Assembly: GCF_003945235.1 (NCBI RefSeq)
Contig: NZ_RSDW01000001.1
Location: 5,820,001-5,852,000, forward strand
Reading direction: 5' to 3'
Source of the DNA: Edaphobacter aggregans
Lineage (GTDB): Bacteria > Acidobacteriota > Terriglobia > Terriglobales > Acidobacteriaceae
DNA length: 32,000 nucleotides
A program made the position numbers and the translations under genes. The notes under the pieces were generated by a model, which was not told where the DNA came from, did no database searches, and worked only from the letters and a program-made list of their open reading frames with translations. Shown piece after piece: positions 25,106 through 32,000 of this stretch; positions within the stretch are counted from its first letter, which is position 1; each line of letters starts with the position of its first letter.

Positions 25106-25163
25106 CGAGCAGTCTCAGACTAGCTCTTGTGTGACTTGCATACTTTCGCTATTGTGACAATAA

Positions 25164-25946
25164 ATGCTGCAAAAGCGTCAAACTGCGATCTTCGACTGCC
25201 TGGGAGATAGCCACTCCCAGATCACCACCCTCACCCACGACTATGCCGCGGGGCGCGTGATCCCGCTGCATTTTCATGATCGAGATCAACTCGTCTACGC
25301 ATCTCGAGGCGTGATGACGGTACGCACCAGTGATGGCACTTGGGTTGTCCCCACTTACCGCGCGGTTTGGATACCTGCGACAGTTCACCACACTATTACG
25401 ATGTCCGGAACTGTAGCGATGCGAACCCTTTACTTTAAGCCCCGGTTGGCGAAAGCTCTGCCGAGAGATTGTTGTGTGGTCAACGTGTCACCGCTCCTTA
25501 AGGAGCTCATTCTTCACGCCTGCGCCTTCGCCTTTCTGAGGAAGACAATTCCATGGCAACGTCACTTGATCGAGGTCATCATCGATCAGGTGGAAACCAT
25601 CCAGATGGTTCCTCTACAGCTTCCGAACCCTACCGATCCAAGAGCGCTCCGAATCGCCCAGGCACTCCTGACCGATCCGTCTGAGTCTCGGCCACTTCGG
25701 CAGCTCTGCAAAGTAGCCGGCGCCGGCAAGAGGACCGTGGAGCGACTCTTCCAGGAAGACGTGGGCATCACATTCGGTAAATGGCGCCAGCAACTTCGTC
25801 TCATGCGAGCAATGCAGCTTCTGGCAGAAGGAAAGAAGGTCACCCACGCTGCTTTCGAAGCCGGCTACAGCACGCCGAGCGCATTCATTTCTATGTTCAG
25901 AAAGACTTTGGGGACCACGCCAGCGGTGTACTTCAGGGCCGATTGA
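25164..25946 (+). CDS. AraC-family transcriptional regulator with N-terminal cupin domain
   Basis: Cupin His pattern (HFHDRDQLVYASRGVMTV) and C-terminal HTH_18 (AAFEAGYSTPSAFISMFRKTLGTTPAVYF). Confidence 0.9.
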   Translation: MLQKRQTAIFDCLGDSHSQITTLTHDYAAGRVIPLHFHDRDQLVYASRGVMTVRTSDGTWVVPTYRAVWIPATVHHTITMSGTVAMRTLYFKPRLAKALPRDCCVVNVSPLLKELILHACAFAFLRKTIPWQRHLIEVIIDQVETIQMVPLQLPNPTDPRALRIAQALLTDPSESRPLRQLCKVAGAGKRTVERLFQEDVGITFGKWRQQLRLMRAMQLLAEGKKVTHAAFEAGYSTPSAFISMFRKTLGTTPAVYFRAD

Positions 25947-26230
25947 GAGGTGTTGGGGATAGCGCTCACCGTCAAGGCTCCCGTTGGGACCGCTACGCTC
26001 GACCTACGATAGACGACCAATCGCGTGGTCACAAAGTAAGCGCTTCATGGTCATTCGCACCTTGTGGACGAGTGACGAGCTAACTGAAAGTCATCCACTT
26101 GGATTTGTAGCGGTCCTCGGAGAGAGACGCGAAGCCAAATGGGTGCATAGCCGACGAGAACAAGATCACTGGTGCGGAAGATCGACAATTCAACTGGAAT
26201 GCACCCTACTGGTAGGGCCTTTTAGCTTAT

Positions 26231-27316
26231 CTATTTCAGTGGCGTTCCTTCGCGAATTTCATCGGAAGCCCGCTTGACGACCTCTTGGCCAGCAGCGATT
26301 TGGCCTCGGACTGAAACACTCTCACCAGAGACTGGTCCCTTCCGAACGTCAACCCAGTGTGCTCGACCATTGACTGACGCGATCACGAAGGTTCGTTCGG
26401 TCGTGGTAACGACGCTTGTCGAGGGAACGAAGAGAAGATTCTCTCCAGCACCCACCGGCCAATCGACGGTTGGGTACATGCCGGGAGCCAAGCTCCCGTC
26501 TTTGTTGTAAACATCCAGTTCGACCATCATTACGCGACTCTGCTGATCGAGAGCATCAGGGATTCGTGCGACTTTCGCAGAATAACTTTTCCCGGGATGC
26601 GCCGGAACATGGAAGACCGCCGACGTTCCCTTGACGATCGAGCCGGTGTAGGTCTCCGGAACGGGCACAATCAATCTCAAATGGGCAACCTGTTGGAGTT
26701 TGAGCATCGGAGTATGACCACCATCAATCAGCATTCCGGGATGCACGAACCGGTCGGTAATCATTCCATCGAACGGCGCGATCACTCTAAGATACGACTC
26801 CATTGCCCTGCTCGCCTGGAGGCGTTCTTTCGCGGTCCGTATCGCGGCCTTTCGGCTATCAACTAATGCCAGCGCCGCATCCCGTTGCTTTTGGGCCTGC
26901 AATAGTTCATTGCCAGCTACGGCACCGGGAGTCTTAGCAGCCTCTTGTAGTTTCGCCGATGTGCTTTCGGCTGCGGCTTCTTGAGCCTCGGCCTGTGCAG
27001 CTTCTGCTTCAGCCTGATGGAGGTTCGCTTCTGAAGCTTCCGTCTGCGAATTGATCTCTGGCGCGGAGAGCTGAACCAATAGTTGCCCCTTGTGGACCAG
27101 GCTACCCCGATCAACGAGCACTTTCTCCACATATCCAGGAGCGCGGGCTTCAATATCAGTCTGTAGAAATGGAGCAAGTTCGGCAGTCAGAGGAACCGTT
27201 CGAGCGGATGGACGGCGTTCGACCTTTACCATCTCCACATGCGCAAGACTCTGAGAGAAGGTGGAGAGGCAGCACACGAAATGAAAGACAAGGCAGATGC
27301 GTTTATGGATGAACAT
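26231..27316 (-). CDS. Efflux RND periplasmic adaptor (membrane fusion protein)
   Basis: A lipoyl/barrel-sandwich segment (GQLLVQLSAPE), a coiled-coil rich in A/E/Q, and a beta-barrel C-terminus. It overlaps the RND stop by 14 nt. Confidence 0.9.
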   Translation of the reverse strand: MFIHKRICLVFHFVCCLSTFSQSLAHVEMVKVERRPSARTVPLTAELAPFLQTDIEARAPGYVEKVLVDRGSLVHKGQLLVQLSAPEINSQTEASEANLHQAEAEAAQAEAQEAAAESTSAKLQEAAKTPGAVAGNELLQAQKQRDAALALVDSRKAAIRTAKERLQASRAMESYLRVIAPFDGMITDRFVHPGMLIDGGHTPMLKLQQVAHLRLIVPVPETYTGSIVKGTSAVFHVPAHPGKSYSAKVARIPDALDQQSRVMMVELDVYNKDGSLAPGMYPTVDWPVGAGENLLFVPSTSVVTTTERTFVIASVNGRAHWVDVRKGPVSGESVSVRGQIAAGQEVVKRASDEIREGTPLK

Positions 27317-30300
27317 AGTAGCGGCTCGATGGATCTTCGGGATTGAGTGAATTTGAGGTGGTGGACGCTTTGCGTTGCAGCAACGCGTAGATAGCCGGAA
27401 GCACTGTGAGAGTCGTCAATGTAGAGAAGACGAGCCCGCCTATAACAGCCCTGGCAAGAGGAGCGGATTGCGCACTTCCTTCTCCGAAGCCAATTGCCAT
27501 GGGAATCATGCCGCAGATCATGGCAGTCGCTGTCATCAAAATCGCCCGAATGCGGCTCGTTGCTCCCGTCCGGGTCGCGGTTTCGACATCTTCATTCTGG
27601 TGCCTTGCCTGTTCCGCGAAGCTGACCAGGAGAATGGAGTTCGCGACCGAAATGCCGACTGCCATGATCGCTCCCATGAAGGACTGAATATTGAGTGTGG
27701 TTCCTGTAAAGAACAGCATAAGAACCACACCGCAGAGGACACCCGGGATTGTCGACAGGATGGCGAGAGGAAGACGAAGAGATTGAAAGTTTGCCATGAG
27801 CAGCAGGAATATTGCAGCGATGGCCAGAAGGAGCCCTGTACGCAGACCCGATATTGTCTCTTCAAGGGCGGGTATCTGTCCTCGTACCGCAACGGTTGAA
27901 CCCTTAGGAGCCGTCGGAAGGTTTTTCAGGAGTGCCGCGATGCGTTTCTGAGCCTCGCCGAGAGGCATTCCGTGCAGGTTGGCAGTCACGCTGACGATCC
28001 GCTGTCCGCTCAAGCGTTCGATCATTTCGGGCATCGTCCCGTATTCCAGCTTGGCAACCTGATCCAGCTGCGGCTGAGATTGTCCGTCGCGCATCAGCGG
28101 TAAGGTAGAAAGCGCCCCGAGACCTTGCATGCGATTTGGGGGGAGTTGCACTTGAATCTGAAATGCGTTACCCGTTCTGGGATCGCGCCAGTAATTGGGC
28201 GCTGTGAATCGAGACGAGCCTGTAGCCGGCGTCAGGGAGTTCGTCACGTCGGCCATCGTCAGGCCGAACTGGCCAGCATAATCACGATTTACTGTCACCT
28301 CGACCGTGGGATAAAGATGAGGCTGAACGACGGAAACGTCCCGCAGGAAGTCGAGCTTACGAAGCTCGGTTTCCACTTTTGCGAGATACGCGTAGTCCTG
28401 GTCGATATCTACACCTTGAACGTCGATCTGAATGGGCGTTGGCGATCCGAAGCTCATAACCTGAGAAATGATGTCCCCTGCTTCGAATGCCACTGTCTGC
28501 TTCGGCATCTCTTTGTGAAACGCGGCGCGAAGGTCCTCTCGCAGCGTCTCATCGTCGGGGTGGCCAGGCCGGAGTTGGACCTGCACCAGAGCTTCTTCCG
28601 GACCGCTTGTGAAGAGATGGATGAGGTTGACTGGGTAGCTTGATGGTTGAACGCCTACATAGTCGGAGGTGATCTCTACGTTATGCTTGCCCGCTGTCTT
28701 GCGGATTAGATCGAGAGCCTGCATCACCATAGGCTCCGTCTCTTCGATTCTTGTTCCGATGGGTGCCTTAAGCCGCATTCGTAGAACAGGCCCATTGGAA
28801 TCCGGAAATATCTCACTTCCGATGCGAGGCGCGACAAAAATGAGAATGAGTGCAGTCACCCCGAAGTATCCGATGATGATGGACCAACGGCGATCCAATA
28901 CAGTATTCAGATACCGTTCATAGCGGGTTCTCAACTTGCCGAAGCTGCCTTCTTTCTCTTCTCCCTTATGCGACTCCTTCATGATCCACGTGGCGAAGAC
29001 CGGCACCAGGCTGCTCGACAGAAAGTATGAGGCAACCATCGCGAAGCCCACGGCGAGAGACAACGGGACAAAGAGTTGCCGTCCCACCCCGTTCATGAAG
29101 AACGATGGAACAAACACCGCCAGTACACAAAGCATCGAGAGGAGACGTGCCAGAACAGTGCGGCGGCAGGCTTCGAGAACCGCTCTTGCCCGAGAGACAC
29201 CTGGAAGCAACTGTGTATGGATGTTTTCGACTTCGACTGTTGCCTCATCCACGAGAACTCCAACCGCGAGTGCCAATCCACCCAGGGTCATGATGTTGAT
29301 CGTCTGGCCTGTCGCCCATAAGAGGAGTACGGCAGCAAAGAGAGCGAACGGAATGTTCGCCACGACAATCAGCGCGCCGCGCCAGTCTCTCACAAACAAC
29401 AGGACAACTAGTCCGGTAAGAATCGCGCCAAGCGCCGCTTCTCTGACGAGACCATTGATCGCGTTCGAGACATAGCCGGATTGATCGAAGGCGAGTTGCA
29501 CATCGACATCGTCCGGCATGACCTTTTTGAAGCTCGGTATAGCCGCTTTCACCGCCTGAATGACCGCCAGAGTGGACGCGTCCGAACGCTTTGTAATGGG
29601 GATGTAGACCGTGCGGCGACCATCCACATGGGCATAAGCCGTGACGATATCCGTGCCATTTTCGATGGTTCCGATGTCGCGCAGATAAACGTTCGCTCCA
29701 GTGCGAGGATGGATCGGAGCACTCATCAAATCGTTGAGCTCCGGCCCTAAGGTCGAGTTTGTTTGAACGATGCGATTCAGTGTCCCGTCATAGAGATTTC
29801 CAGAAGGCGATACAACTGTGCCGCTGGTTACTGCCGCAATCGCCTGCTCAGGCGAAACTCCATACTGCTTCAGCTTGTCGGGATCGAGCGTGACGACGAT
29901 GGTGCGCTGGTTACCACCAAACGGGGGTGGCGCTGAGACTCCAGGCAGGGTCGCAAACAGCGGGCGCACCTGATTCAGAGCGATATTTTGCAGTTCGCCT
30001 TGCGTGTGACTGTTGCTCGTAAACAAAAGCAGACCAACAGCAACACTTCCAGGGTCGAAGCGCGTGATGAAGGGTGGAACCGTTCCAGGCGGCATGAAGG
30101 CGCGAGCGCGATTTACATAACCAACCGTCTCAGCCATTGCCTGCTGCATGTTCGTTCCTTCGCGGAACGTCAGTTTCATCAGAGCTGCGCCTTGAACACT
30201 CTTGCTATCCACGGACTGAATGCCTGTGATGTAGAGGAAGTGATACTCGTAGTAGTAAGTTAGGAACCCTTCCATTTGCGCGGGCGTCATGCCGCCGTAG

Positions 30301-30449
30301 GGCTGCGCGACGTAGATCACAGGATTGCCAACCTCTGGAAAGATGTCTATGCGCATCCTTCCAACCGCAATAAAGAATCCGGCGACGATCGCGATCAACG
30401 CGACGATCACGGTGAGGGGACGACTCAGAGCTGCAAGGACTAAACGCAT
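27303..30449 (-). CDS. RND efflux permease (AcrB/AcrD/AcrF superfamily), 1048 aa
   Basis: Twelve-TM duplicated architecture with an N-terminus MRLVLAALSRPLTVIVALIAIV... typical of the ACR_tran family. Confidence 0.93.
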   Translation of the reverse strand: MRLVLAALSRPLTVIVALIAIVAGFFIAVGRMRIDIFPEVGNPVIYVAQPYGGMTPAQMEGFLTYYYEYHFLYITGIQSVDSKSVQGAALMKLTFREGTNMQQAMAETVGYVNRARAFMPPGTVPPFITRFDPGSVAVGLLLFTSNSHTQGELQNIALNQVRPLFATLPGVSAPPPFGGNQRTIVVTLDPDKLKQYGVSPEQAIAAVTSGTVVSPSGNLYDGTLNRIVQTNSTLGPELNDLMSAPIHPRTGANVYLRDIGTIENGTDIVTAYAHVDGRRTVYIPITKRSDASTLAVIQAVKAAIPSFKKVMPDDVDVQLAFDQSGYVSNAINGLVREAALGAILTGLVVLLFVRDWRGALIVVANIPFALFAAVLLLWATGQTINIMTLGGLALAVGVLVDEATVEVENIHTQLLPGVSRARAVLEACRRTVLARLLSMLCVLAVFVPSFFMNGVGRQLFVPLSLAVGFAMVASYFLSSSLVPVFATWIMKESHKGEEKEGSFGKLRTRYERYLNTVLDRRWSIIIGYFGVTALILIFVAPRIGSEIFPDSNGPVLRMRLKAPIGTRIEETEPMVMQALDLIRKTAGKHNVEITSDYVGVQPSSYPVNLIHLFTSGPEEALVQVQLRPGHPDDETLREDLRAAFHKEMPKQTVAFEAGDIISQVMSFGSPTPIQIDVQGVDIDQDYAYLAKVETELRKLDFLRDVSVVQPHLYPTVEVTVNRDYAGQFGLTMADVTNSLTPATGSSRFTAPNYWRDPRTGNAFQIQVQLPPNRMQGLGALSTLPLMRDGQSQPQLDQVAKLEYGTMPEMIERLSGQRIVSVTANLHGMPLGEAQKRIAALLKNLPTAPKGSTVAVRGQIPALEETISGLRTGLLLAIAAIFLLLMANFQSLRLPLAILSTIPGVLCGVVLMLFFTGTTLNIQSFMGAIMAVGISVANSILLVSFAEQARHQNEDVETATRTGATSRIRAILMTATAMICGMIPMAIGFGEGSAQSAPLARAVIGGLVFSTLTTLTVLPAIYALLQRKASTTSNSLNPEDPSSRYYVHP

Positions 30450-30467
30450 GTCAAATGATCACCTGAA

Positions 30468-31913
30468 CTACTGAGCTGCCTGAAGAAAAGGCTGAAGATC
30501 GCCACGTACTGATTGCAATTGGAGGAATGCACGCCAGACATTCAGGCGTGCAATCGAATCATCCATCTCCGCCTGCACCACAAGCCGCTGCGCCTGCGCC
30601 ACATCATCAATCGAAGTCAGCCCCGCCTTGTAACGAGCCGTAGCTTGAGCAAGAGCGGTTCGAGCAGCCTCGACCTGGATTGGAGTATTCTTCGCAACGC
30701 TTCGCATCGCCCGTAAGGCGGCTCGTGCCTGGCTGAACTGCTCCTGGAGCTGTCGGCCAATTAACGTCTCGCGAGATTGGTCGGCCTTTAACGTGGCGGC
30801 TTGTGAGGCTTCACGGGCGTGGATACTGGCAAAGTCAAGAAAGCCAAAGGTTACGTTCAGGCCGACTGCGTAGTTTCCTACGTTTGGAGCGAGACCGTTA
30901 GCTCCGCTCAGGCGCTGTCCGTTGGTCTCCGCGCCGGTGCCTCGGCCGTAACCTGCCGCTTCCAGATTGAACTGCGGCACCCAGCTTCGGTCCGTGGCAC
31001 GAAGTTCCGCGGCCGATTGAGAGACGGCTGCATGTTGCTCCAGCATCGCAGGAGTGCTTTCTGGATGAAATGCTCCGTCATCCTCGACTCCCATTGGGAT
31101 CTCACCAAGAAGATGTGCGGAATTGAGGGGTTTCGTTATGTCGTCCGGCTTCGAGAGAAACTTCGCGAGTGTTGCCTCGCCCATTTCGACTGCTTCTGTC
31201 GCAAGAGCCAATTGAGTATTCGCCGCCGCCTTCTCCGCCTCAATCCGGGATTCGTCGGCAGCGGGACGCAGCTCCGCAACCGTGAGAGCGTGAATGGTCT
31301 TCCGCAAGATTTCCCAATTGTCGACGGCAACCTGAGCGGAATTCTGTGTTTGACGAGCCGCAAGAACGGTCAGAAACGCGTCCGCGGCCGCACTTGAGAT
31401 CTCAAGCTGGCTCCTTTGCACAGATGCATTCGCTCGATCGCGTGCTGCTGCGGCCGCTTCCACCTTGGTGTTCCGTAAACCGAAGTCGAACGGCTGCCAG
31501 TTGATCAGAAGCCCTGTAGCGCTTCCCCAGACAGACCCGCCATTGTTTGTTCCAATGACTGGCCCGGACATGCTTGGCAACGTATTCTCTGGAAGCAGAG
31601 TGCCGAAGATGTTGTTTCGCGTAGCCCTGTTGACCTGAACAATCCCATCGAGACGTGGAAGATAGGCAGTCCTTGCCAACCGGATATTTGCCACAGCCGC
31701 GTTGAGATCCTGCTCAGAAACATGAATCGCAGGATAGTTCTGCTCGGCGTCCTGAACGACTTGAACAATCGTGAGATCAGACGGCACAGCGGGAGTAGCC
31801 ACGACCGAGGACTGGGCAGTAACTGCAGCAGAGGTACCGGCCACGAGAAGGCAGCCGACAGCGACTCCTCGGATCCAGCAGCCATTTCGGATGAATGGAC
31901 TATTTGCCTTCAA
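30468..31913 (-). CDS. TolC-family outer-membrane efflux protein
   Basis: Signal peptide plus two OEP repeats (YLPRLDG..., coiled Q/A-rich segments). The start is a TTG at 31913, so the exact start is uncertain. Confidence 0.85.
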   Translation of the reverse strand: MKANSPFIRNGCWIRGVAVGCLLVAGTSAAVTAQSSVVATPAVPSDLTIVQVVQDAEQNYPAIHVSEQDLNAAVANIRLARTAYLPRLDGIVQVNRATRNNIFGTLLPENTLPSMSGPVIGTNNGGSVWGSATGLLINWQPFDFGLRNTKVEAAAAARDRANASVQRSQLEISSAAADAFLTVLAARQTQNSAQVAVDNWEILRKTIHALTVAELRPAADESRIEAEKAAANTQLALATEAVEMGEATLAKFLSKPDDITKPLNSAHLLGEIPMGVEDDGAFHPESTPAMLEQHAAVSQSAAELRATDRSWVPQFNLEAAGYGRGTGAETNGQRLSGANGLAPNVGNYAVGLNVTFGFLDFASIHAREASQAATLKADQSRETLIGRQLQEQFSQARAALRAMRSVAKNTPIQVEAARTALAQATARYKAGLTSIDDVAQAQRLVVQAEMDDSIARLNVWRAFLQLQSVRGDLQPFLQAAQ

Positions 31914-32000
31914 TCAGCTCTCCAAAAAGCTCGCGGACCCGGAGCTTTGCTGTATTGAGCGCACGTCGGCCGGAACTCGTTATCTTGTAAAGGCGACGGG
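31900..32000 (-). CDS. PadR-like transcriptional regulator, C-terminal end only (5' part outside the window)
   Basis: The minus-strand frame reads ...RRLYKITSSGRRALNTAKLRVRELFGELIEGK*, resembling the PadR 'YY.lT..Gr..L' wing and C-terminal helix. It overlaps the tolC start by 14 nt. Confidence 0.5.
   Translation of the reverse strand, partial: RRLYKITSSGRRALNTAKLRVRELFGELIEGK

Noticed and set aside
27375-29750. Plus-strand ORFs inside the RND permease (for example 27375..27899, 28125..28643, 28936..29475)
   Set aside because: Antisense shadows of a 1048-aa RND gene.

Overview
High-GC bacterial chromosome segment, probably Acidobacteriota/Terriglobia; this is an inference from an 810-aa ADOP-type duplicated FtsX permease and the general gene content.

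Layout:
(i) 1-2825 is housekeeping: a GT2 glycosyltransferase (5' partial), ispG and tRNA-Arg(CCU).
(ii) 2826-7243 is a ~4.4-kb island with no integrase, inserted at the tRNA 3' end (20-nt direct repeat 2806-2825 / 7224-7243). It carries a promoter-equipped type-II tRNA-like gene with a defective anticodon arm, a small basic protein, a 267-aa unknown protein and an IS1595-type Zn-ribbon stub. It also carries an HNH nuclease with an N-terminal reader-like domain, an XRE regulator and an AlpA-type HTH. Promoter and operator motifs are repeated within it.
(iii) 7345-10463 holds two tandem IS110-family elements with IS1111-like layout, inserted into or next to a ~160-190-bp repeat. The long 3' non-coding region of each IS contains short copies of its own flanking target DNA. 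That is the signature expected of bridge/seek guide RNAs and is the most interesting signal in the window.
(iv) 10604-13036 is the ADOP permease.
(v) 13.3-17.2 kb is a decayed block. An aldo/keto reductase, a YqhC-like AraC regulator, a LysR remnant and a truncated haemoglobin are all frameshifted; two further copies of the same repeat bracket the AKR-AraC pair (13328-15688) at its left end.
(vi) 17.5-21.8 kb is a PaoABC-like periplasmic FeS/Moco/FAD oxidoreductase operon plus a small Cys-rich ORF.
(vii) Next come a carboxylesterase, a secreted unknown protein, a SAM methyltransferase and a cupin-AraC regulator.
(viii) A padR-tolC-RND-MFP efflux operon lies on the minus strand.

No CRISPR array, rRNA or complete prophage was seen.
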